From an uncultured Eubacteriales bacterium (GTDB lineage: Bacteria; Bacillota; Clostridia; Oscillospirales; CAG-272), in NCBI GenBank assembly GCA_934481325.1, contig CAKSPL010000002.1:1-38793 (forward strand): DNA of 38,793 bases. Direction: 5' to 3'. The position numbers and the translations under genes were made by a program. The notes beneath the pieces were generated by a model. The model was not told the origin of the DNA, made no database searches, and saw nothing but the letters and a program-made list of their open reading frames with translations. Shown piece after piece: positions 7,814 to 17,024 of the stretch. The stretch's first letter is position 1; each line of letters opens with the position of its first letter.

Positions 7814-8212
7814 ATGAGCGGTTTTAACAAACACGACGCGCTGGTAGATGAGGTGCTTCGTTCCTCCGGCGTCAACCCCCGCAAATGTATGCGGTGCGGC
7901 AAATGCACCGCCACCTGCCCCGCGTTTGACGAGATGGAATATCACCCGCACCAGTTTGTTTATATGGTGGAGCGGGGCGAGATTGAAAAGCTGATGGCAT
8001 CCCCCTCGATTTACAAATGTCTTTCCTGCTTTGCGTGCCTGGAACGCTGTCCGAGGCAGGTGGAGCCGGTAAAACTGGTGGAGGCGGTGCGCCTTGCCGT
8101 GGTACGGGAGCAGGGGAAAAATCACCTGTCCACCGACGCGATTCCCGCGATGCTGGACGACGACCTGCCCCAGCAGGCAATCACGTCCGCACTGCGGAAA
8201 TACAGAAAGTAA
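7814..8212 (+). CDS. hdrC: Heterodisulfide reductase subunit C-like (2x[4Fe-4S])
   Basis: CMRCGKCTATCP and CLSCFACLERCP motifs; 132 aa; GAGGAGG RBS; 10 nt after hdrB. Confidence 0.85.
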   Translation: MSGFNKHDALVDEVLRSSGVNPRKCMRCGKCTATCPAFDEMEYHPHQFVYMVERGEIEKLMASPSIYKCLSCFACLERCPRQVEPVKLVEAVRLAVVREQGKNHLSTDAIPAMLDDDLPQQAITSALRKYRK

Positions 8213-8227
8213 GGGGGAGGGGACGAA

Positions 8228-10222
8228 ATGCAGAAAATCGGCGTATTCGTATGTCATTGCGGCACCAACATTGCCGGCACGGTGGACGTGAAGGCGGTTG
8301 CCGAAGCACTCTCGCACGAGCCGGGCGTGGTGTTTTCCACCGACTATCAGTATATGTGCTCCGAATCGGGTCAGAGCCTGATGAGAAGCGCAATCAGAGA
8401 ACACGGTCTTACCGGCGTGGTGGTATGCTCCTGCTCCCCCCGGATGCACGAGGCAACCTTCCGCAAAGCGGCGGCAGCAGAGGGGCTGAACCCCTATATG
8501 GTGGAAATTGCCAACATCCGCGAGCAGGTGTCGTGGATTCATAAAGATGTGAAAGAAGCCACCGAAAAGGCAATTATTCTTGCCCGTGCGGCGGTGGCAA
8601 AGGTACACCTCAACAAACCCTTAACGGCAGGGCAAAGCCCCGTGACCAAGCGTGCGCTGGTCATCGGCGGCGGCATTGCCGGCATTCAGACCGCGCTGGA
8701 CATCGCAGAGGCGGGCTTTGAGGTGGATATTGTGGAAAAATCCCCCACCATCGGCGGGAAAATGGCGCAGATTGACAAAACCTTTCCGACCCTGGACTGC
8801 GCCGCCTGTATCCTGACCCCGAAAATGGTGGATGCCGCGCAGAATGACAAAATCACCATTTATTCGTACAGCGAGGTGGAGTCGGTCAAGGGCTTTGTGG
8901 GCAATTTCCGCGTCGGCATCCGGCGCAAGGCGCGCTACGTGGACGAAACGAAATGCACGGGTTGCGGGCTTTGCACCGAAAAATGCCCGCAGAAAAAAGT
9001 GCCCAACGAGTTCAACCTGGGGCTTGACAACCGCCGCGCCATTTACATTCCCTTTGCGCAGGCGGTGCCGAAGGTGGCAACCATTGACGCGGACTACTGC
9101 AATATGCTGAAAAACGGCAAGTGCGGCGTTTGCTCCAAGGTGTGTGGCGCGGGCGCGATTGATTACACGCAAAAGGACGAGGTCATCGAGCGGGAGTACG
9201 GCGCAATCGTTGCCGCCACCGGTTTTAACCCCATCGACGTGAAGCCGTTCGGCGAGTACGGCTATGCCGAGTATCCGGACGTGGTGACCTCGCTGGAGCT
9301 GGAACGCCTGATGAACGCGGCGGGTCCCACGGCGGGCACGCTCCTGCGCCCTTCGGACAAGACCCACCCACACACGCTGGTGTTTGTGCAGTGCGTGGGT
9401 TCCCGTTGCGACGCGGAAAACACCAAGGGCAAGACCTACTGCTCCAAAATCTGCTGTATGTACACGGCAAAGCACGCGATGCTGGTGCGCGAAAAATACC
9501 CGGATACCGAGGTTTACGTGTTCTACATCGACGTGCGCACCCCCGGCAAGAACTTTGACGAGTTTTACCGCCGCGCGGTGGAGCAATACGGCGTACATTA
9601 CATCAAAGGTGCCGTCGGCAAGGTGACGGAGGAAAACGGCAAGCTGAAGGTACAGGCAAGCGACCTGCTTTCCGGTGAGCAGCTGCACATTGACGCCGAT
9701 ATGGTGGTGCTTGCCGCCGCGATTGAGCCGGATAAGAGCGCAAGACATCTTGCCACGATGCTGACTGCCAGTATGGATACCAACGATTTCTTCACCGAGG
9801 CGCACCCGAAGCTCCGCCCGGTGGAAAGCCCTACGGCGGGCATCTTCCTCTCCGGCGTGTGCCAGGGACCCAAGGATATTCCGGAAACGGTGTCGCAGGC
9901 GTCCGCCTGTGCCGCCAAGGTCATCGGGCTTCTTGCCAAGGATCATCTGGTGGGCAACCCCTGCGTGGCACATTCGGACGAGATGCTCTGCAACGGCTGT
10001 TCCTCCTGTGAAAAGGTCTGCCCGTACGGAGCCATCAGCTATTCCGACAAGGAATTCCGCGGGCCCAACCGCACCACGCTGATCCGGCGTGTGGCAAGCG
10101 TCAACGAGGCGGTGTGCCAGGGCTGCGGTGCCTGCACGGTTGCCTGCCCCTCCGGCGCAATGGATTTGAAGGGCTTCTCCAATAAACAGATTATGGCGGA
10201 GGTGGACGCGATATGCAAGTAA
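8228..10222 (+). CDS. hdrA: Heterodisulfide reductase subunit A-like flavoprotein (full-length, bifurcating-type architecture)
   Basis: N-terminal IGVFVCHCGTNIAGTVD...YMCSESGQ...NIREQVSWIH. FAD fold VIGGGIAGIQTALDIAEAG, then DKTFPTLDCAACILTP. Inserted and C-terminal ferredoxin motifs: CTGCGLCTEKCP, CGVCSKVC, CNGCSSCEKVCP, CQGCGACTVACP. Confidence 0.9.
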   Translation: MQKIGVFVCHCGTNIAGTVDVKAVAEALSHEPGVVFSTDYQYMCSESGQSLMRSAIREHGLTGVVVCSCSPRMHEATFRKAAAAEGLNPYMVEIANIREQVSWIHKDVKEATEKAIILARAAVAKVHLNKPLTAGQSPVTKRALVIGGGIAGIQTALDIAEAGFEVDIVEKSPTIGGKMAQIDKTFPTLDCAACILTPKMVDAAQNDKITIYSYSEVESVKGFVGNFRVGIRRKARYVDETKCTGCGLCTEKCPQKKVPNEFNLGLDNRRAIYIPFAQAVPKVATIDADYCNMLKNGKCGVCSKVCGAGAIDYTQKDEVIEREYGAIVAATGFNPIDVKPFGEYGYAEYPDVVTSLELERLMNAAGPTAGTLLRPSDKTHPHTLVFVQCVGSRCDAENTKGKTYCSKICCMYTAKHAMLVREKYPDTEVYVFYIDVRTPGKNFDEFYRRAVEQYGVHYIKGAVGKVTEENGKLKVQASDLLSGEQLHIDADMVVLAAAIEPDKSARHLATMLTASMDTNDFFTEAHPKLRPVESPTAGIFLSGVCQGPKDIPETVSQASACAAKVIGLLAKDHLVGNPCVAHSDEMLCNGCSSCEKVCPYGAISYSDKEFRGPNRTTLIRRVASVNEAVCQGCGACTVACPSGAMDLKGFSNKQIMAEVDAICK

Positions 10223-10653
10223 ACGAAACCGGATATAAACCGAAAATCGTGGCGTTCTGCTGCAACTGGTGTTCCTATGCCGGCGGGGATCTGGCGGGTT
10301 CCTCCCGTCTTTCCTACCCCGCAGAGGTCAAAGTCATCCGCGTACCCTGCTCCTGTCGTGTCAACCCGATGTTCGTACTGCGGGCATTTCAGCGCGGGGC
10401 GGACGGCGTGATCATCGCCGGCTGTCACCCCGGGGACTGTCACTATACCAGCGGCAACTATTTTGCGCGCCGCCGGATGGCATTGCTCTTCTCGATGCTG
10501 GATTACCTCGGCATTGAAAAGGAGCGCACCCGCGTGGAATGGATTTCCGCCGCGGAGGGTGCGAAATTCTCCAAAACGATGAACGAATTCTGTGAAACCG
10601 TTGCCGCGCTCGGCGAAAACAAGCGATTGGAGGACTTACGATGCAAGAAATGA
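10213..10653 (+). CDS. mvhD: MvhD/FlxD-type [2Fe-2S] electron-transfer subunit
   Basis: IVAFCCNWCSYAGGDLAG...VIRVPCSCRVNP...GADGVIIAGCHPGDCHYTSGN is the classical MvhD/FlpD pattern. It overlaps the hdrA stop by 10 nt. Confidence 0.88.
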   Translation: MQVNETGYKPKIVAFCCNWCSYAGGDLAGSSRLSYPAEVKVIRVPCSCRVNPMFVLRAFQRGADGVIIAGCHPGDCHYTSGNYFARRRMALLFSMLDYLGIEKERTRVEWISAAEGAKFSKTMNEFCETVAALGENKRLEDLRCKK

Positions 10654-11615
10654 TGGAAAAACGCGCCGTGGAGCTCCTCGAGGCCGGCACGGTAGACCGT
10701 GTGCTCGGCTGGGCGGCGGGCGAGTTTGCCTATGACCCGACCCCGGCGGTGTTCCGCACCCCCGAGGAAGTGAAGGCACGCTTTGTCTACAACGATTTCT
10801 GCGGGGCAAACCTGTCGAAATATTTGGTGAAGGAATGCAAGGCGGGGGGGAAGATTGCGGTCTTTCTCAAGCCCTGTGACACTTACAGCTTCAACGAACT
10901 GCTGAACGAACACCGCATCAAGCGTGAGATGGTGTACGTGATCGGCATCGAGTGCTACGGCAAAGCCGACGTGGAAAAACTGACGGCAATGGGGCTTTCC
11001 GGCATCACGGGCATCGTGATGAAAAACGGGGAGTACACCGTGGAGACCGTGTACGGCAACAAAACCGTGAAAGCCGCGGATGCCACCGCCGACCGTTGCC
11101 TTGCCTGCAAGAGCAAGAAACACGTGGTGTATGATGAGCTGATCGGTGAGGACGGCGAGTGGACAGAGGACTGCAACCGCTTTGATACGGTGGAAAAACT
11201 GGAGGCAATGACTCCGGACGAGAGATATGCGTTCTGGCAGAACGAGCTTTCGCGTTGCATCCGTTGCAATGCCTGCCGCAACGTATGTCCCGCCTGCACC
11301 TGCGAGCAGTGCGTGTTCGACAACCCGAACTCCGGCGTGGCGCAGAAGGCGGCGGTCAACTCCTTTGAGGAGAGCATGTTCCACATCATCCGCGCGTTCC
11401 ACGTGGCGGGCAGATGTACCGACTGCGGCGAATGCTCCCGCGTGTGTCCTCAGCATATTCCGCTCCACCTGCTCAACCGCAAATTCATCCTGGACGTGAA
11501 CCGCTTCTACGGGGACTATCAGGCGGGCGCGGATACCGAAACCAAGCCTCCGCTTGGCACTTATCGGCAAAACGACATCGAACCCGGTGCCGCCGTGGGA
11601 GGTGGAAAACAATGA
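10641..11615 (+). CDS. Fe-S subunit, FlxB/C-like (HydB/AsrA-related 4Fe-4S dicluster protein)
   Basis: CIRCNACRNVCPACTCEQC and CTDCGECSRVCPQHIP motifs. GGAGG lies 7 nt upstream. It overlaps mvhD by 13 nt. Confidence 0.7.
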   Translation: MQEMMEKRAVELLEAGTVDRVLGWAAGEFAYDPTPAVFRTPEEVKARFVYNDFCGANLSKYLVKECKAGGKIAVFLKPCDTYSFNELLNEHRIKREMVYVIGIECYGKADVEKLTAMGLSGITGIVMKNGEYTVETVYGNKTVKAADATADRCLACKSKKHVVYDELIGEDGEWTEDCNRFDTVEKLEAMTPDERYAFWQNELSRCIRCNACRNVCPACTCEQCVFDNPNSGVAQKAAVNSFEESMFHIIRAFHVAGRCTDCGECSRVCPQHIPLHLLNRKFILDVNRFYGDYQAGADTETKPPLGTYRQNDIEPGAAVGGGKQ

Positions 11616-12640
11616 AATTTCTGAAACAAGAATCGCTTTCCGCCCTTTTTGCCAAAATTGCGGAAAAAGAGACGCTGTACCTGCCGCAAAAGCAGGAGAA
11701 CGGCAAAGCCGCTTACAAGGAGTGGCACGAGGGCGCGGAATATGCGCGGAGCCTGAATACCGTGCGCTCCGCAAAGGACTTTTTCTTCCCCCAGACCGAA
11801 AACCTGATGGATTTCAAAATGGAAGGGAAGAACATCACGATAGAGGACACGAGAAAAGAGTGTGAGGATTTTGTGCTGTTCGGCGTGCGCGCCTGTGACG
11901 CACGGAGTTTTGACATTCTCGACAGCGTGTACCTTGCAAACCCCGTGGATACCTATTATCAGAACCGCCGGGCGCACGGCACCGTGGTAACGGTTGCCTG
12001 CACGCGCCCCGGTGAGAGTTGTTTTTGCCACGTGTTCGGCATTGACGCTACCGACCCCGCCGGCGACGTGACCGCGTGGGAGACGGAAGAAGGCTTCTTC
12101 CTCCGCCCGAACACCGAAAAGGGCGAGGCTCTGCTTGCCGCCGCGGGCGACCTGCTTTCCGAAAAGGACGCCGCCGCGGTAGAGGCACAGCGTGCCGCCG
12201 TAAAGGAAATTCAGGCGAAGCTGCCGCTCGCAACGCTCACCGCCAAGGGCTTTGGCGGGGGGCTGACGAAGGAGCTGTTTGACCGCCCGGAGTGGAAAAC
12301 GCTGTCCGAGGCGTGCCTCGGGTGCGGCAGTTGTACCTTCCATTGTCCCACCTGTCAGTGCTACGACATCCGGGATTTTGACACCGGACACGGAATCAAA
12401 CGCTTCCGGTGCTGGGATTCCTGTATGTATTCCGATTTCACGAAGATGTCCGCGGGTCAGCCCCGCCCCACACAGCTGGAGCGGTTCCGCCAACGCTTTA
12501 TGCACAAGCTGGTTTACTACCCCGAAAACAACGGCGGGGTGTTCGGCTGTGTGGGTTGCGGGCGGTGCCTGATCGGGTGTCCGATTTCGATGAACATCGT
12601 CAAAGTGATGAAAACGCTGGGAGGGAAGAGCAATGAATAA
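11612..12640 (+). CDS. Fe-S subunit, AsrA/HydB/FlxB-C-like
   Basis: The start was moved to ATG 11612 (MKFLKQESL), forming an ATGA overlap with the upstream stop. Motifs: GVRACDARS, ESCFCHVFG, CLGCGSCTFHCPTCQCYD, CVGCGRCLIGCP. This resembles the anaerobic sulfite reductase A / sulfhydrogenase beta pattern. Confidence 0.75.
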   Translation: MKFLKQESLSALFAKIAEKETLYLPQKQENGKAAYKEWHEGAEYARSLNTVRSAKDFFFPQTENLMDFKMEGKNITIEDTRKECEDFVLFGVRACDARSFDILDSVYLANPVDTYYQNRRAHGTVVTVACTRPGESCFCHVFGIDATDPAGDVTAWETEEGFFLRPNTEKGEALLAAAGDLLSEKDAAAVEAQRAAVKEIQAKLPLATLTAKGFGGGLTKELFDRPEWKTLSEACLGCGSCTFHCPTCQCYDIRDFDTGHGIKRFRCWDSCMYSDFTKMSAGQPRPTQLERFRQRFMHKLVYYPENNGGVFGCVGCGRCLIGCPISMNIVKVMKTLGGKSNE

Positions 12641-13460
12641 CGAAACCCTGATTCCTGTGGTCTGCAAGGTCATTGACATCCGGCAGGACACTCCCGACGT
12701 GAAAACCTTCCGCGTAGTCACGCCGGACGGAAAAAAGCCCTTTGACCACCGCCCCGGGCAGTGCGCAATGCTCTCGGTACCCGGCATCAGCGAAGCGATG
12801 ATTTCCATTACCTCCTCGCCGACCAACAGGGAGTATATGGAGTTCAGCGTGAAGAAATGCGGGTGCTTAACCGAGTGGCTCCACGCAATGGAGGTGGGGC
12901 AGTGCATCACGGTGAGAGGCCCGTACGGGCGTCCTTTTCCCGTGGATGACGAGCTTGCCGGCAAGGATTTACTCTTTGTGGCGGGCGGCATCGGGCTTGC
13001 GCCCTTGCGCTCCGTCATCAATTACGTGCGGGATAACCGCGGGAAATACGGCACCGTGGACATCGTGTACGGCTCCCGCTCCAAGGACGACCTGGTGGAT
13101 TACCGCGAGATCGTGGAGGAATGGGAAAAGACCGAGGGCTTCCGCGTGCATCTGACCATCGACCGTGAGCAGGAGGGCTGGGACGGGCACGTCGGCTTTG
13201 TGCCGAACTACGTCAAGGAGCTTGCCCCCGACGTGAAAAAGACCGTTCTGATGTGCGGGCCTCCCATTATGATCAAATTCACTCTGCAGGGACTGATGGA
13301 GCTGGGCTTTGACAAAACCCGGATTTATACCACGATGGAACTGCGGATGAAGTGCGGGATCGGCAAGTGCGGGCGTTGCAATATCGGCAGTAAGTACGTC
13401 TGCAAGGACGGGCCCGTCTTCCGGTTTGACGAGCTGGATGAGCTTCCCAACGAATACTGA
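12633..13460 (+). CDS. FAD/NAD(P)H-binding [2Fe-2S] oxidoreductase subunit (AsrB/HydG/FlxA/PyrK-like)
   Basis: FNR-like fold with RPGQCAML..., NAD(P)-binding LLFVAGGIGLAPLRS, and a C-terminal cluster MKCGIGKCGRCN...CKDGPVF. It overlaps the upstream gene by 8 nt. Confidence 0.8.
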   Translation: MNNETLIPVVCKVIDIRQDTPDVKTFRVVTPDGKKPFDHRPGQCAMLSVPGISEAMISITSSPTNREYMEFSVKKCGCLTEWLHAMEVGQCITVRGPYGRPFPVDDELAGKDLLFVAGGIGLAPLRSVINYVRDNRGKYGTVDIVYGSRSKDDLVDYREIVEEWEKTEGFRVHLTIDREQEGWDGHVGFVPNYVKELAPDVKKTVLMCGPPIMIKFTLQGLMELGFDKTRIYTTMELRMKCGIGKCGRCNIGSKYVCKDGPVFRFDELDELPNEY

Positions 13461-13478
13461 TAAGGAGACAGCACAAAA

Positions 13479-14156
13479 ATGGAACAGAATATGATTCATA
13501 TTTACCTGATGGGCAAGCAGTATGAAGTGCCTGCCAGCCTGACCATTATGGGCGCGATGGAATACGCCGGCTATCAGCTGGTGCGCGGGTGCGGGTGCCG
13601 TTGCGGATTTTGCGGCGCGTGCGCCACAATCTACCGCGTGAAGGGGGATACCGAGCTTCACGCCTGCCTTGCGTGCCAGACGCAGGTGGTGGACAATATG
13701 TACGTGGCAACCCTGCCGTTCTTCCCGCTGGTGAAAAAGCCGTTTGATATCGAAAAAATCAAACCCACCGAGCAGATTATGATGCAGCTTTACCCCGAGA
13801 TTTACGCTTGCGTGGGCTGTAACGCCTGCACCAAGGCGTGCACCCAGGGGCTGAACGTGATGCAGTACATCGCTTACGCTCAGCGCGGCGAGTACGAAAA
13901 GTGCGCAGAGGCTTCCTTTGACTGCGTGATGTGCGGCGTTTGCTCGTCGAGATGTCCCGCCGGCATCAGCCACCCGCAGGTGGCGTTGCTGGCGCGCCGA
14001 CTGACCGGCAAGTACATTGCCCCCCGCTCCGAGCATCTGGAAAAGCGGGTGGAGGAGATTCTGCACGGCGATTACAAGGCACTGATCGAGAGCCTGATGC
14101 AGAAGCCGCTGGAAGAGCTCAAAGAGCTGTACAACAACCGCGTCATCGAGAAATAA
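13479..14156 (+). CDS. Succinate dehydrogenase/fumarate reductase iron-sulfur subunit-like protein
   Basis: N-terminal Cys cluster GCGCRCGFCGAC...HACLAC (2Fe-2S-like), followed by CVGCNACTKAC and CVMCGVCSSRCP. TAAGGAG RBS. Confidence 0.7.
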   Translation: MEQNMIHIYLMGKQYEVPASLTIMGAMEYAGYQLVRGCGCRCGFCGACATIYRVKGDTELHACLACQTQVVDNMYVATLPFFPLVKKPFDIEKIKPTEQIMMQLYPEIYACVGCNACTKACTQGLNVMQYIAYAQRGEYEKCAEASFDCVMCGVCSSRCPAGISHPQVALLARRLTGKYIAPRSEHLEKRVEEILHGDYKALIESLMQKPLEELKELYNNRVIEK

Positions 14157-14171
14157 GGAGGGGAGCGCACA

Positions 14172-15788
14172 ATGTATACACAGGAAATGCTGGAATCCAT
14201 CAAAAAGGTGGAAGCAACGAGAGCCTCGCGCCTTGGCGTGGAGCCCCGCCGGATGACCGCGGACGAAAAGGAAGCTCTGCTTGCCGAGTTTCACCCCGAT
14301 CACATTGCCTCTCAGTTTGCCACACTGAAAATCGGACCCAACAAGGGTGAGAAAGTGCCGCTGGAACTGGCGGATATTCTGCAGGCAAACAGCCGCGTCA
14401 ATCCCGCCGCCGTTGACCTTTCCAACCCGGATTACGACGTGGACGTTCTGATTATCGGCGGCGGCGGAGCCGGCTCCGCCGCGGCAATTATGGCACACGA
14501 AAACGGTGCCGACGTGATGATTGTGACCAAGCTCCGCCACGGCGACGCCAACACCATGATGGCAGAGGGCGGCATCCAGGCGGCGGACAAGGAGGGCGAC
14601 AGCCCCGCGATTCACTACCTGGACGCACTGGGCGGCGGTCACTTCAAAAACGTGCCGGAGCTGCTGGAAAAACTGGTGACCGAGGGTCCGATTGCCGTGA
14701 AATGGCTCAACGACCTCGGCGTGATGTTTGACAAGGAGCCGGACGGTACCATGATCACCACCCACGGCGGCGGCACCTCCCGCAAGAGAATGCACGCGGC
14801 AAAGGACTATTCCGGTGCCGAGATTATGCGGGTGTTGCGCGATGAGGTCATCAACCGCGGGATTCCGGTGGTGGACTTTACCTCCGCCATCGAGATTATC
14901 AAGGACGAAAACGGCAGGGCGGCAGGTGCCGTGCTGATGAATATGGAGACGAAGGAGATTCTGATTGCCCGTGCGAAAACCGTGATTATCGCCACCGGCG
15001 GTGCGGGGCGGATGCACTATCAGGGCTTCCCCACCTCCAACCACTACGGTGCCACGGCGGACGGGCTGGTTCTGGCTTACCGCGCGGGCGCGCCGCTGCT
15101 TTACGCATACACTCTGCAATACCACCCCACGGGCGTGGCGTATCCCTCCCAGATTTTCGGCGCACTGGTCACCGAAAAGGTGCGTTCCATCGGCGCAATG
15201 CTGGTTAACTCCGAGGGCGAGGCGTTTATGCACCCGTTGGAAACGCGTGACGTTGCCGCCGCCTCCATTATCCGGGAGTGCAAGGCGCGTCACAAGGGCG
15301 TTGCCACCCCCGACGGGGGCTTTGGCGTGTGGTTGGATTCGCCGATGATTGAGCTTCTCCACGGAGAGGGAACTATCGAAAAGCGAATTCCGGCAATGAT
15401 GCGGATGTATCTCAAATACGGCATCGATATGCGCAAGCAGCCGATTCTCGTTTACCCCACGCTCCATTATCAGAACGGCGGCATCAAGATTGCCGCAAAC
15501 GCGATGTCGGATGTGGAAAACCTGTTTGTGGCGGGCGAGGCTGTGGGCGGTATCCACGGCGAAAACCGCCTGATGGGCAACTCGTTGCTTGACATCATCG
15601 TGTTCGGCAGAACGGCGGGTATCGAGGCGGCAAAAACCGCCAAAAACACCACGGTGGGCAAACTGAACCTTGACCACGTGACCGCGTTTGCCAAGGAAAT
15701 GGCGGATGCCGGGATCAAGACCGACAAGGTCTCCCCGATTCTGCTTCCGCACTACACGCACGGAAACCCCCGGTTTGAAGCAAAATAA
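14172..15788 (+). CDS. Fumarate reductase/succinate dehydrogenase-family flavoprotein (soluble type, non-covalent FAD predicted)
   Basis: DVLIIGGGGAGSAAA Rossmann fold, then ...ANTMMAEGGIQAA, LQYHPTG, LVTEKVRSIGAMLVN, PTLHYQNGGI and HGENRLMGNSLLDIIVFGR. By eye these align to E. coli FrdA H232, R287, H355 and R390. AAGGAGG RBS. Confidence 0.75.
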   Translation: MYTQEMLESIKKVEATRASRLGVEPRRMTADEKEALLAEFHPDHIASQFATLKIGPNKGEKVPLELADILQANSRVNPAAVDLSNPDYDVDVLIIGGGGAGSAAAIMAHENGADVMIVTKLRHGDANTMMAEGGIQAADKEGDSPAIHYLDALGGGHFKNVPELLEKLVTEGPIAVKWLNDLGVMFDKEPDGTMITTHGGGTSRKRMHAAKDYSGAEIMRVLRDEVINRGIPVVDFTSAIEIIKDENGRAAGAVLMNMETKEILIARAKTVIIATGGAGRMHYQGFPTSNHYGATADGLVLAYRAGAPLLYAYTLQYHPTGVAYPSQIFGALVTEKVRSIGAMLVNSEGEAFMHPLETRDVAAASIIRECKARHKGVATPDGGFGVWLDSPMIELLHGEGTIEKRIPAMMRMYLKYGIDMRKQPILVYPTLHYQNGGIKIAANAMSDVENLFVAGEAVGGIHGENRLMGNSLLDIIVFGRTAGIEAAKTAKNTTVGKLNLDHVTAFAKEMADAGIKTDKVSPILLPHYTHGNPRFEAK

Positions 15789-15803
15789 GGGAGAACTGAC
15801 GGA

Positions 15804-17000
15804 ATGATTGACTATCTTGGCGGGGTGCTTGGCTCCTGGCTCGGCATCATTTTCTTCGTCTTTGTGATTGCAACGCTTGGCTATCTTGTGGGCGGCATCA
15901 CCATCAAGGGCATTTCTCTCGGCACTGCGGGCGTATTGCTTGTGGCATTGCTTTTCGGGATTCTTGCAAACTTTGTACCTTCCTTTACGGTGGGCAGTAC
16001 CACCGTTACGCTGTTTGACGCAGGGCTGAAAACCAAATTCAGCCTGGTGTCCAGCCTTGGCACCGCGATGTTTGTCACGGCGGTGGGGTTGATTGCGGGG
16101 CCGAAATTCTTCCGCACCTTCAACCGCAAGTCGCTGGCGTACATCTGCATGGGCGTGATTGTGATTCTGGTCGGCTCGCTGACCGCGTTCCTCTGCTCGT
16201 TCCTTGACGGGGGGCTGAGCGTGGATATGGCGGTGGGTCTGATGACCGGCGCACTGACCTCCACCCCGGGGCTTTCCGCCGCAAAGGAGGTTGCCGCCGA
16301 CGAGGCGGCGGTGACCGCCGGTTACGGTATCGCGTATCTTTTCGGCGTGCTCGGCGTGGTGTTTTTCGTTCAGCTGGTGCCGAAAATCCTGCGCGTGAAT
16401 ATGGAGAAGGAGCGCGAGAGCTTTGTGGCGGCAAACGCCGTGGAGGTAAAGCCGATTGAGCGGCGGCTTGTGAAGCTGGAGCCGTTCGGCTTTTTCCCGT
16501 TCTTTCTTGCCATTGCGTTGGGGTGCTTCATCGGCTCTGTCAAAATTCCGGGCATCAACTTCTCGCTCGGTACCTCGGGCGGCACGCTGATTGCGGGCTT
16601 GCTGATCGGGCATTTCGGGCATATCGGGCCGATTGACTGCCGCATCGGCAAGGACACGCTGAAATTCTTCCGGGAGCTGGGGCTGGTGCTGTTTCTCATC
16701 GGCGCGGGCGTACCCGGCGGCGTGAACTTCGTTTCCAACGTCAAGGTGTCGTATTTCCTGTACGGTGCACTGATGACACTGCTGCCGATGCTGGTCGGGT
16801 TCCTGCTTGCCAAATATGTGTTCAAGCTGAGCGTGTTCAACAACCTCGGCTCCATCACCGGCGGTATGACCTCCACCCCCGCGCTCGGTGCGCTGATCAG
16901 CACTGCCGGCACGGACGACGTGTCCTCTGCCTACGCGCTGACCTACCCCGTGGCACTGGTGTGCGTGGTGCTGGCGGCAAAGATTTTGCTGATGCTCTGA
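15804..17000 (+). CDS. AAEx-family (AspT/YidE/YbjL/SucE-like) transporter, short form
   Basis: 398 aa made of two homologous multi-TM halves (G..LG.AGVLLVALLFG / G..GGTLIAGLLIGHFG) joined by a short linker. No room is visible for TrkA-C domains. Confidence 0.75.
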   Translation: MIDYLGGVLGSWLGIIFFVFVIATLGYLVGGITIKGISLGTAGVLLVALLFGILANFVPSFTVGSTTVTLFDAGLKTKFSLVSSLGTAMFVTAVGLIAGPKFFRTFNRKSLAYICMGVIVILVGSLTAFLCSFLDGGLSVDMAVGLMTGALTSTPGLSAAKEVAADEAAVTAGYGIAYLFGVLGVVFFVQLVPKILRVNMEKERESFVAANAVEVKPIERRLVKLEPFGFFPFFLAIALGCFIGSVKIPGINFSLGTSGGTLIAGLLIGHFGHIGPIDCRIGKDTLKFFRELGLVLFLIGAGVPGGVNFVSNVKVSYFLYGALMTLLPMLVGFLLAKYVFKLSVFNNLGSITGGMTSTPALGALISTAGTDDVSSAYALTYPVALVCVVLAAKILLML

Positions 17001-17024
17001 TTTCCCGCGGCAAAAACCGCAAAT

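Noticed and set aside
13479-15788. Alternative identity as adenylylsulfate reductase AprBA, by analogy with qmo/hdr-aprBA clusters
   Set aside because: The flavoprotein keeps the four FrdA dicarboxylate-site residues. The Fe-S subunit has an N-terminal 2Fe-2S-like module like SdhB/FrdB. The context is fumC plus a C4-dicarboxylate-type transporter, and no sat/dsr genes are present. A final decision needs phylogeny.
12969-16622. 1217-aa ORF on the minus strand, the longest in the track
   Set aside because: It is entirely antisense to the well-supported flxA-like, frdB-like, frdA-like and transporter genes. The translation is Arg/His/Gly/Ala/Val-rich low complexity with no recognisable motifs and no SD. 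This is the stop-poor antisense frame expected in GC-rich DNA.
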